Positions 27,343 to 40,357 of a DNA stretch of 64,000 bases are shown here, in pieces. Under the pieces are notes generated by a model, which was not told where the DNA came from, did no database searches, and was given only the letters and a program-made list of their open reading frames with translations. The position numbers were made by a program, and so were the translations under genes. The DNA comes from Octopus vulgaris. Lineage: Eukaryota. Each line of letters begins with the position of its first letter. Position 1 is the stretch's first letter. Location of the stretch: positions 44,516,001 through 44,580,000 of the forward strand of contig OX597814.1 in NCBI GenBank assembly GCA_951406725.2. The letters run 5' to 3'.

Positions 27343-28999
27343 AGTGTTCGTGTCTCCATTTGTGTTTATGTTTAAACCAGAGTTAAAGTGTATATAAAGA
27401 ATGCATTAAAATTGCATCAGCCAACAGGAACTTGCCTGTTAAATATTGCATGTAAGTTTGGCATGTTTTGACATGTATCTGATAGTGTTTAAACGCAGAC
27501 GAATATGTGATCACTGCTGAACGTGTCAAATACATTGACTGATAAGATCCCTTCTTACAAAAATATACATGATTACTTGTATATAAATGAAGTGAAATAC
27601 TTAACAATAAAGTACGAAAGCATTAATAATATACTAAGATTAAATTTTCTTTTACATTATAATTTCTTTAAGTAAACCACAAAATATCATCTGTATTTAT
27701 GCATTACATGTAGCAACAGTGGAGTAAAAGTTGTTACTGATGATAAAATTTATTTCTAATTATAGCAAAAACTGTACAACTATGATCTAAGTCCTGAGGT
27801 GTCTCTGGCAGAAATTGCAAAAACAAACAAGTCATAATAATCTTTCGAAACATTCGTTAGTCTACAACTGTATTTTAATTTCCTTTAATGTACACGTGTA
27901 GTTTTGATTAATTAAATTATCGACTTCGCCCCATTAATTGTGTTAGCGCTAACGTCACTGTAAAAAGAATTAGTTATGGTAAAATCACTAAACAAAAATT
28001 TAGAATTAAGATTAAAAAATACTTCTACGTAAAATATTCTTTCATATAAATGAATGAGTGAATGAATACAAATAATGCGAGAAGCAGCCAAAACAAAAAA
28101 GAAGCAGCATGGCTGTTGGCAAGTAGAAAGGTTAGAGAAAAGTATAAATGGCATAACACCTTCTCGTAACAAATGAAAAATCAAACTGAAGACACTGCAC
28201 ATTTGTGGTGGAGAGAGAAATATTATTAGTGAGGGAAGGGTTATATAGCTGGGAATATTGCGTGAATGATTTATATATTATAGCGTCTTGTATAAATTAT
28301 GAGAATTACAACAGATTAACTCTACAGGGTCTGTTTAATTGTCTTGAATTTGCCATAAGGCATTTGATGGAATTAAAATTCACATTTCAAATGTGCAAAA
28401 GCTGTAGGGATTCGGCTACATTAAATGACGACTATGCAAAATACGGGCATTTGGAATTCAGAATAAGAACAATTAGTAAATAGGATTATATTCTCACTCT
28501 AGAGAACGGAAAGGAAAATGAACGCGTGGAGTAAAATATCGAAATGTTATCTAATAAGCGTGTAAAGTGAAATATTGTATAGTTGCCAAATTAGAATAAT
28601 TCAGAGGAAAGATATTACATTAGTAGCATATTAATCAAAACATTAATAACACATTGGATTTGAAAATAAATTGTATTAAATTATATCTACACTTAATTTC
28701 TATATTTATTGCTTGCAATCTACTTTTAGCAATGAAATCATTATTATTAATTATTCGAATTACAGATGTTTAAGAAATCAATATTTTTCCTTTAATTCTA
28801 TGTTAGGCTTTTTATACTCAGTAAATTTATATCTATTCCATTATTTCTTTCGCTTTTTTTTTTGTTGTTATTACTTTGTCAACATATATGAAAAAATACG
28901 AATCAAGAAACATTATTAGTAAAAAAGTTAACAATAAATACATAATTGCATAAATAAATAAGTTCATAAAATTAGGAAAATATCTCCGTTTACAAATTG

Positions 29000-29990
29000 A
29001 GAACAAATTTCAGAAATCCGTCGACGCAAATGTGTTTGTTAATATTTGCGTTTATTGAACGAGAGATTCGGTAAATTTCTGGAAAGAATTGGAAACATAT
29101 GATTGTCAATCAAGCTTATTTAAAAAAAAACAACTTTATTGCATTTTTATTATCGAGAAATTATGATTGGGTAAATGAAATTTAACAGAACATTATAGAA
29201 ATGTTTTAGATACGCACATTTTGAAGAACAATAGAAAACGAAGTTTCTTTTGGACTGATTTCATAATCGTTGTTGAATTACTACTTGAAATTCCGCAGGA
29301 TGATTTCTGGGTAGTGAATTTGGTAGGTGAAATAAAATATAAATAGTTAGAAGAGGACATCTTGATTTATCAATTAGAGTTTGTATGTGTGGGCACAGCT
29401 CGATAAAATACCAGATCATTTTATAATTAGAGACTTTAGAGATTTTATAATAAGATCTGAAACAATCTATAACATAATCTTTAAGGTCGCAGCATTTGAC
29501 TGTCAGCGAAAAGGTATTTTTTTTTAGAAGTGGTCCATATGTTTTCATCAATCTTGATTCCTATAAGTGAACCGCACTTACCCGAGTATCCAATCAACAA
29601 AAACTGAACAAAAGAAAAAGTATCTTCTTAAGATGCAGCTTTGCATATTTGTGGACGAATTGAACGATTAACTTTTGCAACGAAGCCATTTGCAGAGAAT
29701 TTTGGGATGATTTAGTAATGTGCCGTTTATCCTGTTCTGTTCACATAGCGCATCGTGTTCAAGTGGAAAGCACCCACAAACCAACTATTAAAATTGTGAT
29801 TATCCTAGCAATGCGCGTAAATATTTATCAGGGAGAGCATGAGAATCTATGCATAAAATTTATTCCAGTGTCATGCACCAATCTTCTGCAGAAGAGGCTA
29901 CTTGTATTCCATTTGGAAGATTTATCACGCATCCTCTTAATACTAGGCTTGAATATCATACTCATAATTCAGGGGTTTTTTTCTCTTAAC
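29000..29990 (-). mobile_element. Old Tc1/mariner transposase remnant
   Basis: Minus-strand pieces resemble DE..FHL.G.VN.QN (~29740-29785) and RS.D...DY..W (~29410-29460); heavily degenerate. Confidence 0.4.
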
Positions 29991-30513
29991 ATTTAAGCTA
30001 TCATGGTAATATGTGCGTGTGTGTGTGTGCGCATACGTGTGTGTGTGCGCATGCGTGTGTGTGTATATGTATGCGTGTGTATGTACACGCACATGTGTGT
30101 GTGTAGAAATGATATATACATATACAGAGATAGGGTATACCCACAATCAATGCAGTTTGACTTCAAGCTTATGCCGTAAATATCTCCAGCTCTCAATGAC
30201 TCAACTACTTATACCTTCCAAATAAAAGCAGGTAGCTTCTTTGCAAGAATCATGGACCTAGAAGCATTACAATCGAACGTTCCATATTTTATATACATAT
30301 TCTTTTAACATTTTAATGTATTACTTCATTTGATTGCGGCTATGCTGGATCATCGTTTTTAGTCGAGCAAATAGCCCACAGGACTTATTCTTTGTAAGCA
30401 TGGTACATAATCTATCGATCGCTTTTGCCGAACCGCTTTGTTACGGAGACTTTAATGCACCAACATCAGTTGTCAAGTGATAGTGGAGGGACAAACAGAC
30501 ACGCACAAGTACA

Positions 30514-30554
<41 letters not shown>

Positions 30555-30559
<5 letters not shown>

Positions 30560-30777
30560 GAAATGAAGAAAATGCTGACAAAATAATTTAAGTAATTTAA
30601 GTAATTTAATTAGGTGAAGTTCTTTTTACCGGTTGCGCATTTGTTATGCTTATCAGAAGTTTTTTCCTCTTATCTGATAAGCATAACAAATGCGCAACCG
30701 GTAAAAAGAACTTTCACCTAATTAAATTACTTAGATTACTTAAATTATTTTTCAGCATTTTCTTCATTTCCTTTTTT
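30555..30777. repeat. Foldback element, ~103 bp arms, 15 nt loop, between (TA)n
   Basis: AAAAGGAAATGAAGAAAATGCTGA...GCTTATCAGA (30555-30657) and its near-exact reverse complement (30673-30777). Confidence 0.92.
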
Positions 30778-30819
30778 ATATATCACAACTCGTGTTCCAC
30801 ATCTCCTTTTAAATATATA

Positions 30820-30880
<61 letters not shown>

Positions 30881-30922
30881 CATACATACATGCATGCATG
30901 CATACATACATACATACATACA

Positions 30923-30956
<34 letters not shown>

Positions 30957-30986
30957 AATATATATATATATATACATATATATAAT

Positions 30987-31137
30987 GAAAAGAGAAATAG
31001 AGAAATACTGATGAACAACAATTGACTTACATCAATTATTATTTACTAATGCAATACAAATAGACCGCAGTCTACTTGAATTGAATTAATAAATAATTAT
31101 TGATGTCAGTTGTTGTTCATCTCTAGTTTCGCTTTCC
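30987..31137. repeat. Older imperfect foldback (4 nt loop)
   Basis: GATGAACAACAATTGAC..ATCAATTATTATTTA...TAGAC cgca GTCTA...TAAATAATTATTGATGTCAGTTGTTGTTCATC; starts at a (TA)n edge. Confidence 0.8.
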
Positions 31138-31338
31138 TTTAAATGTTGATTCTTGATAAACTCATATTTATCCTTATCTGTACCTATAATTTATGAGCAT
31201 AATATGCTTGCATATGTACAACCATGGTTAAACATAGGTGATGTATCGTTAGTGTAATAGACACTGCTATCCTTTAGACAGTTATATAAACCCCTAACTC
31301 AGCTAACCTATATATATATACACACACACACACATACA

Positions 31339-31376
<38 letters not shown>

Positions 31377-31439
31377 ACACACACACACACACGACGGGCG
31401 TCTTCCAGTTTCTGTCTACCAAATCAACTCAAAAAGGTT

Positions 31440-32103
31440 TGGCTGCCTTCACACATGCTCGGCCGATGGTCGGAAATAAGGTAAATGATGACTCGTCGGA
31501 GAAAATAATATTCTTTCACTGCTGTAGGGACCAATTCTGTAGGGTTTTACTCCACGCGAAATGCTTTGCATCGTTTGTTTTTGAAAGTAGTGGTTTTATG
31601 ATTGCAGCCCACCGCCTGAAATCTGGCTTTGTGCAGCTCCCGGCGAACAGTTTTTATGGAAACTGGATTCTCGAGGTGGTCGTTAAACTCTGCAGTAATT
31701 TTGGGAGCTGTACTTTTGTGATCTTTTCTAATGATTCGCAAAAGAGTCCGATGGTCCCTATCTGAATGTTTTGGTTTTTTTCGGAGTTTTGTTTCGACGA
31801 GGAGGTTTTTTCCCTCTATCTCAAAGGCTGTCATTTCTTTTGGGAAAGTACTTCTTGAAACACCAAACGAGCACCAACAATTTGACCTCTTTGAAAGTCT
31901 GATAGATCTGTCATTTTAATGAATTTTAATTACCTTTTTTCTGATGATATCTGAAAAGAAACAGTAATTTTAGCAAAACATGGTAAGCAACACTAAAAAT
32001 AAAGAAAAAAACCTAAAATAAACAAGCCTTTGACGGTTTTATAGATATTTCAAAATTATAATGCTATGATGCTAGGTGTTTCCATTATTTTGAGCAAACG
32101 CTG
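31440..32103 (-). mobile_element. Tc1-family transposon 5' fragment
   Basis: HTH SDRDHRTLLRIIRK...TAPKI...VS..TVRRELH and IIFSDES; terminus TA|CAGCGTTTGCTCAAAATAATGGAAAC. Confidence 0.85.
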
Positions 32104-32111
32104 TATATATA

Positions 32112-32642
32112 CAGGGTGTCCAAAAAAATGTATACACACCTTAAATAATTGTAAATTTGGGGTTTATTATAATTCGAATAATTTTCAACATGTAAAAGAA
32201 TTTACAAATATCATTCTATTGTCTTGTTATCGCATGTTCTCAAACTGATGTCCGTTCTGCTCCAGACACTGCTGACAACGCGAAGCGATGGAATGGCACA
32301 CATCATGGAACAATTCCCTTGGGATATTCGTACATTCATGTTCAATGGTTGCCCTCAATTGAACGACTGTTGCAGGTTTCTGTGCATAGACTTTGTCCTT
32401 TAGGTATCCCCATAAAAAGAAGTCTAGTGGGGTGAGGTATGGTGAACGTGGAGGGTATTCGACAAAACCTCTCCGTCCAATCCACCTGTTTGGCAAGATC
32501 CCATCAAGAAAGGATCTAACATCGCGATGGTAGTGTGGAGGTGCCCCATCGTGCTGGAAATAAAACTCTTCCTGTTCAAAGTCCTGTCTAATGCTTGGCA
32601 TGACAGACTGTTGCAGCAAGTGTATACATTTTTTGGGACACC

Positions 32643-32645
<3 letters not shown>
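32112..32645 (-). mobile_element. Internally deleted DD41D (rosa/Visitor-type) Tc1/mariner element with both TIRs
   Basis: 26 bp TIRs CAGGGTGTCC(A/C)AAAAAATGTATACAC with TA flanks; FQHDGAPPH...[21 protein letters not shown] has 41 residues between the 2nd and 3rd D. Confidence 0.9.
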
Positions 32646-32711
<66 letters not shown>

Positions 32712-32724
32712 TATACATATATAC

Positions 32725-32757
<33 letters not shown>

Positions 32758-35246
32758 TACATACATACATACATACATACATACATACATACATACATAC
32801 ATACATACAGAGATCTTTAGCGACATTCATGGTTTAGAAATCAAAATCATTTGTAATCATATTAATTGTATGAGTAACTGCTTCGAAACTAATCCAAAAG
32901 ATGGACCGATCGTGTGCAAAGCCTGTAGTGAGGAGATATTTGGTACTTGAGCTAATGAGTGCACATTTTCATAAGGTCTCTCCCTGACAAAAGATGTCAA
33001 CCAAATATCCGTGAATTCACATCTTGATATTTGGAGAAAGAAAAGAATACTACGGATAATGGTGTTGTAGAATACTTTTAAAAAAGTCAAGATCACCATA
33101 GTTAGAATGCAGTATATCTACTTGATTAGGACCGCTCTGGATTTAAACTGCAACGATTACAACAACTACTACTACTGGTAGAAAGTATATTTCATGAAAC
33201 TATTTCTCTTCCATCACCGCTTCAGGATAGGTTTAAGTGAGGTTAACCAGCAATAAAAGGTTTTGTTCCAAGAAAACAGGAAAATGTCAAAATCATTGGA
33301 TTTGTTGGATTCATACTGACATATAAAAACATCGAAATATATTAAAGGACGCATAGTAGCGTCACATCCCATAATCATTTGTCCTCTGGAATCCTACAAC
33401 TTTTCGCTCTTGTAAAAAATATATATAAAACGGAGAATATATTCGCTAGCACGACAAAGCTACATTTTGGCCCGGCTTGCGTGTTTTAGTATCGCGGAGA
33501 TAATTTGTCTTACTGGTGAGTTTAAAATGGATTTCATACTTATTCCCCTTCCTCATAAATCTTTCGCGTGATAAAAACCATTTTACTCTCTAATGCCATC
33601 TTTCAACCAATGATGTTCCGCTGCAAGTAGTATACGATCATTAAAAGTGAAAATGTTTTGTGACCTCCATGATCCGTTGAAATTACTATTTGCTTGAACT
33701 CTGCACCTAGAAATAAGTTATTAGACGCAACAACAAACTAAGTTCTTGAGCACAAATCTAATCAAATATGATACACTACGTCCATAATTATACAAAACCC
33801 AGGCAGGCAAGAAACTAACAAGAGCTCATAATACCTTAAAAGCAGCCTAAAAATGTTTATATTTCATATAATCAATATCAGTTTTAATATTATGGTCAGT
33901 ATTGCTATGAAAGACAGTAAGTGCGCGAATATTAATGTTGGGAGTCACGATATTTCTGTATTATCTCCCAGTACTAAACATTTTCTCAAATTGCTTTCTT
34001 TAAGTATTGCTGCTGCTATGGCGAACGATTTCTGTCACTTCTATATTGCACATATTTATTTACGTGCACAGGTATGTACACACACGTATACACAAACGTG
34101 TGTGTACATACCTGTGAGTGTCTGCCAGTATGTATAAGTATATACATAATGTTTACCAGTATGTATATGTATATACATAATGCTTTCAGGTATATGTGCG
34201 TGGGGTGCGTGTACATGTGTTTATGCGTGTACGCATGCATATGAATGTATATGTCAGTGTATGTATAAAAGGCATTTAGAGAGATTTATTGATGTATAAA
34301 CCCCATATACGTACATAGGAAGATATCCCAGTAGATATAATATATTAGAAAAATCTTATGCTTTAGCCAACCAGAGACTCGGGAAACTTAGCAGAATTAT
34401 TTTGCCTGTAATGTTTATCTTTCACACGAGGCCTTTATTAGCTACAGCCAGCTTTTCTTCAGCACGATGATGGGATAAAAATACTTTTCTCAAATCTCAA
34501 TTCTCATTTCTCAATCATTTTTCATCTTCTGTCTCACTTATACACTCCCCAGGCTCCCACGTATACATTCTATAAATTACATGCCAACAAACTTACACGA
34601 AAACTCTCACACATACACACGCATATATATTCATGTGCGTGCGTGTACGTATGTACATGTGTGCGTGCGGTATTCCAAGTGTGTAAAGCGTTTTTAATAA
34701 ATTTCCAGCACCACTTTTTTCTACCTTGCGGATTTTTACCTCCATTAATATATTATTACTTCATGTATTATTTCACATATATTAACTATTATTTTATATG
34801 CAATGTATTATTGAACTATACAAATACCATCCAATAATATGGCAACGTTTTCTGTGTGAAGTATTTATTTTCAAGGTTTGGGTTTCGTAACTTCTACATC
34901 ACTAGTGTTTAATGAGGTGAATTCTGACCGCAGGTACTTGAATATTTTGTATGGCATTTTTTATTTTATTTTTTGTTTTAATGCAATATGCCTCAATAAA
35001 GATCTACTTTCTATACACACACGCATGTACACATACACAATATAGACAAAAAATACAAACACATACATATATGCAGTCACGTACACACACAGGCATATAT
35101 TTTGAGAGTGCTATATATGACAAAGGGGCAATGTAGACAGAGAGAACAAGCAGAGAAGTAATAGAGAGAGCACAGAAACTGAAAATATATAACAGATAAT
35201 AGAGCGGGAGAAAAGAGCAAGGGTGAGAAATGTAACAGGAAAGCTA

Positions 35247-35390
<144 letters not shown>

Positions 35391-36010
35391 CGAAGTGATA
35401 TAGACCGAAGTGCAAGCAGTAGATTGAGGATCAAATGTGAAAAGCTTTTAGTTTAAACAATGATTCGTATTAGAATGTGTAATAAATTTACCGTAACGCA
35501 GTTAAAACAAATATGACGCTGTAAGATTAACAGAACAAAGCGTCAGTACTGACAGAAGTAGAGATAATATTTTAATATTTTTTCATAAAGAGTACTTTAC
35601 TTTCAATTAATTTTTGCCTTCTTAAAAGCCATTATCTCCCCGAGCATCATTGCAATTTCTTCTTAAATACGATGATAATTAAAGGCGTAAAGTGCGAGTT
35701 GGTAGAAAGAATATTTCAGAAAACTAGTGAACAAAGAGGATGGGTGGTTACATGAAAGACAAAGCTTTTCTGCGTAAATAAATGTGAAAATTGGATATTT
35801 ACCATTAGAAGACGGAAAAAAAAGAAGTTACCAGAAGACAGCTACGTAAATCGACCCCGTAACTCTCTGATGCCAAGTGAGAGCTCTGTCATTAAGATAG
35901 ACAGGCCCCTGTTCTCAGTAACCGACAATTTTCAAGCTAAATAATAGTGTTTTCGAATGCGATAACATTTTATAAACAAACTTTGAAAGAGTCGAATGTG
36001 TGTATGTGTG

Positions 36011-36058
<48 letters not shown>

Positions 36059-36062
36059 CAAA

Positions 36063-36148
<86 letters not shown>

Positions 36149-36507
36149 TAGATGTCAAGGCATTACAACTGTCAGATATACATTTACGTAAATGATTCTA
36201 CTCTGGTATGCAATGAGTCATGCTTTTGAGGTCTTAGTCACTCTCCTCTCTCACTCTATCTATCGATCTATCTATCTGTATATTTAAATGCAAGCTACCC
36301 GAGGAAATGCTGGCACAGATGATGGTGCATCATATTTATTCATGTAATCATTTATGTAATTCTTTATAAAATACCTTATGAACTGATATGAGACTGAAAA
36401 CTCAGCAGCTTGCCGCTTTCGCTATTACACAGAAATGAAATAACTATTGTAATCTGTAACTAAACCCTGTTTATTCCATCTTCTATAAATTTTTATAGAG
36501 GTATATC

Positions 36508-36866
36508 TATAAAATGTGAACGAAAGTGGATTTTAAACTTTTACAACAGCTGTTTCAACTGCATTTTGTTATTGAGGAATAGATCAATTACATCACGAAA
36601 GAAATCTGATTTGATCAGACTTCTGCACCATGTGAATACATTGAATCCCATTAAATTAAAGGTGCTCTTCATATCTCTCACTTGCTTGGACTATGGATAT
36701 CAAAGCGAGTTGCTCGGAATCTTCTCATCCCTAAGATACAGCTCACCTGATGACAGCGAGTCTTTTTTCCATATACAATCGATGTAATTGATTTATTCAC
36801 CAATAACAAATGTCTCTGAAACAGGTGTCGTTAACATTTAAAATTCATTTCTTTTCTTATTTTATA
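36508..36866. mobile_element. Older foldback PLE stub with a degenerate HHR in each arm
   Basis: Right arm CTGATGA...GATGTAATTGATTTATTC..AATAACAAATG...GAAACAGGTGTC...TTTAAAATTCA. Left arm (minus) CTGATCA...GATGTAATTGATCTATTC..AATAACAAAATG...GAAACAGCTGTT...TTTAAAATCCA. Confidence 0.75.
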
Positions 36867-36986
36867 TAGACGTCATCTCTAGAACCATCCTTATGTTGGG
36901 TCTATAACTTGCATCCTGAACCAACGTGTGTATATGTACATATATGTGTGTGTGTGTGTCGGTGTGAGTATACGTGTATATATATG

Positions 36987-37060
<74 letters not shown>

Positions 37061-37069
37061 GTGTGCATT

Positions 37070-37565
37070 CGCATGAGGAGGTACCCAAAATGTAACCGGT
37101 AACGTTCTCTGTCGGACAAATCCGTTGTAGCTCAGGCTTCCGCCGCTAGAAGTCACTTCATGCAACCCTTAGGTATCAGTTTGCCGACGAACGACATCTA
37201 GCGATGTTATACAGCTACGTAGCGCATCTTTCTTTGCCGTGTTTCTCCCTTGTGCGTCAAATTTTTGCGATGTCTGAAATAACCTGCTACTGTGAAATTC
37301 TGTTTTCTGCTGCGGCAAACAGCGACTGAAAGAGCTGTCATGCTTCAGACTGTTTACAAGGATGCCATGTGCAAAGTACAAGTTTACGAGTGATTTTCAC
37401 GCTTTAGGAATAGTCACTTCTCGCTTGAAGACCAACCTCATTCAGTATAGCCGTCGCCCCCAGAACGATTGAAAACGTCACGAAAATTCATGAACTGTTC
37501 ATGGAGGACCGTCATTGAACTGACGAATTTGTCGATAAGCCTGGTGTGTCCTGAAAAGAGTTGCA
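37070..37565 (+). mobile_element. mariner 5' fragment
   Basis: Translates VKFCFLL..TATE...MLQTVY...VYE*FSRF....SLED.P.S (mariner N-terminal HTH); TIR-like GAGGAGGTACCCAAAA. Confidence 0.75.
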
Positions 37566-37597
37566 ACAGAATATATATATACGTATATATATATAGA

Positions 37598-37686
<89 letters not shown>

Positions 37687-37959
37687 CGTAACGTATATAT
37701 TTATATGCATGTATATGTGTGTGTGAATGTGTGTGCATGCATGTATATATATATATACATACATTTATAAATATATATATATATATGCATATATATTTAT
37801 ATATATATATATATGTAAAATGAGATAGGGGTTGAAAAATTCAACCCACCATGGGATAACATATATCCAATATACTGCTAGATAGGTACCCAGCAAGACT
37901 AATACATAGATGTTAAAAATTGCCAAAAGATGGACTTGGTACAAACATAACTGTATCTA

Positions 37960-38644
37960 TTATCATTATTATTATTAATATTAATAGTAATTTTTATTGA
38001 CTTTTATAGGTTTATAATTTTATGAACTGAACTATGGTTTTTTATTATTATTTTTCAGGTATAGGTATGATTTTAATTTAAATAGTAGTGCGCATACATC
38101 TCCCTATGTGTTAGTTTTTAGAACTATTAGCCAAATATGTAAAATAACTGCGCTTATTAATATTAATATATACACTGATATATATTTTGTTTTATTTTGT
38201 TTTGTTTACCTTGCATTATTGTATCAATGAGTATTATATATGTGTAGCATTATGGAGTATATGCACAAGTTTTTATATTTTACATTTTTATATTTTTATA
38301 TTTATATGTATATGGAAAAATAATTTTTTCACAATTATAACAAATTAAATTCTCTGAAGAGGCCGTGGGGCATCCTTGTTAATGCCTCATTTATACCTGC
38401 CTTTATGGCTTATAGGTTAAATGAGGTATGACTGCCCTTACTGCCGAAACAGCTGTCAGATATGATATAATTACATATTATATTTTATATTTTATATTTC
38501 TATTTCCTTGTCTATTTATATTTACTATATATTTTGTATAATGCCTTTACTGATATGTAATGGTGTAATAAAGTATTGATTGGGTATCATCTGATAGTTG
38601 ATGTTTTATTGATTTAAGTATGTTTCTCCATTTCCTAATTTTGT

Positions 38645-38646
<2 letters not shown>
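37960..38646 (+). mobile_element. PLE 3' UTR/pLTR fragment ending in (TA)n
   Basis: T-rich UTR, HHR at 38351-38460, tail ...TTCTCCATTTCCTAATTTTGTAG|TATATA. Left boundary approximate. Confidence 0.6.
38351..38460 (+). ncRNA. Hammerhead ribozyme with ~85 nt structured helix II
   Basis: TCT CTGAAGA GGC...GCC GAAA CAGCTG TC AGA; inner stems GGGGCA/TGCCCT and TGCCTCATTTA/TAAATGAGGTA. Confidence 0.8.
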
Positions 38647-38689
<43 letters not shown>

Positions 38690-39278
38690 GCATATGTACA
38701 TTAATGCATCTATAATAGATATAGAGAATCCCTCTATTATGGAATACATGCACAAACAGAAATACAACGAATACTGGTGAAATATTCCCAACAAAACATC
38801 TGTCAAGCGCAAACATAACAGGATATTTTTGTTTGAGACAGATGTGAAAATGCATGTACCGTCACAGAGGCCAGCTCTCCGATGGATCTGAATATGTCTT
38901 CGAATATCAAAGACAAAGAAGTTAGCTATGGACAACTGCCTCGAAACCTCCAGTTTCTCACTACAGATAATATATTCACATTTATACTAATTGTAATTGT
39001 GCACTTGGTTTTGTGAGTCAATGTCCCAATAACCATCTGGCTAAGCTAGGGTTTCCAGAAAAAAGTCACCTAAATTGTACATTAGAAATACAATCTCTGT
39101 ATGAAACAGTAAAACTATGCAGGGCTTTTCTCAAGTTTAAAATATGAAATTGTTTTTATCTACATTCCAACGATGGAGCATTGTATTTTCGTTAGAGACC
39201 AGCTACTTCGTCAGTGGAAGAATTTATATAATTAAAACCAGAAGGGAGCATACATGATTGCATGCATAAATACATACA

Positions 39279-39310
<32 letters not shown>

Positions 39311-39649
39311 CAAGTGTATTACTAGTTGCGTTCAATATGCTATGTACATTTTACTACCGGTTGCTAGCAGTTTGAGTTTAAATTCCATCGAGATATCAAT
39401 ATAATGAAATATACTTATTGCAAATATACAAAGATAATACGAGTAACTATTTTTATAATGAAAATTAGTATTCATTTCGTCATTTTGTATGATTACCAAA
39501 AAATATGATAACAGTTAAATTATAATGCTGCATCTATGCGTATTTATTCATATTACACATAGTGGCAAAATATACTTATAAAGGTGTTGCATATGTGACG
39601 ATTAAGACACTAATATGTAATTATGTAATCTGTAAAGACTCTACTTACT

Positions 39650-39800
39650 ATCTTTCATTTCTTTCAGTCTTTAGAGTGCATCCATACTGAGTACCGCCTT
39701 GAAGGTTTCAGTCGAACCGCTAGGTTATGGGGACATATAACAAACCAATATTGGTTATCACTGATGGTGGAATTATTGAAACGCACAGAGATGAATACAT
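39650..39800 (-). mobile_element. SINE family A 3' fragment
   Basis: ACCGCCTTGAAGG...GAACCGCTAGGTTATGGGGAC matches the reverse of the family A 3' half. Confidence 0.6.
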
Positions 39801-39812
39801 AGGTATATGCAC

Positions 39813-39865
<53 letters not shown>

Positions 39866-39866
<1 letters not shown>

Positions 39867-40307
39867 ATAATAAAGGGTGAAATTAATTAAGTTAGAAATA
39901 ATCATTAATTTCACCAAGTAGTGTTCAGCATGTAAAAGCCCCATTCAAGGAAGGTTTAAGTAATACTAAGTAATTAATGGTTAAGCAAAGATTTGCCTCA
40001 CCACACACCGAATTTAGAAATAGCAGTCAAAAAGTTTTGGCTATTCTTTCTACTTAAAAGGGAGATCCCAGTAAAACCAAAGCACTTAAAAAGCAAACGA
40101 CGCAGGCAAAAGAGAAAGAAATGACGAAAATCATTCTATATTAAGTCACCTACGGACGTACGTTTCGGAATTAAGTCATTGCAGAGCATAAAAATTAAAT
40201 AAGTATGTCTTACCTGACTATTTTCCTCCTCAGCGTAGGACTCTTCAATTATAAGTAATTGCGTCTCAATTATTAATAATTGTGTATTAAATTTGAAGGC
40301 ATTAGAA

Positions 40308-40310
<3 letters not shown>
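39866..40310 (-). mobile_element. PLE stub flanked on both sides by (TA)n
   Basis: Contains the intact HHR at 40149-40239; both ends run into TA tracts. Confidence 0.7.
40149..40239 (-). ncRNA. Hammerhead ribozyme, canonical core, long helix II
   Basis: Minus strand reads CCTACG CTGAGGA GGAA..AGTCA...TGACT..TTCC GAAA CGTACG TC CGTAGG. Confidence 0.85.

Positions 40311-40357
<47 letters not shown>

Larger units (their letters stand above)
30295..31442 (-). mobile_element. SINE family A split by insertions into its internal microsatellite
   Basis: 3' half at 30295-30515. The continuation CGACGGGCGTCTTCCAGTTTCTGTCTACCAAATC is at 31392-31440, and the head is replaced by a Tc1 fragment. Confidence 0.75.
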
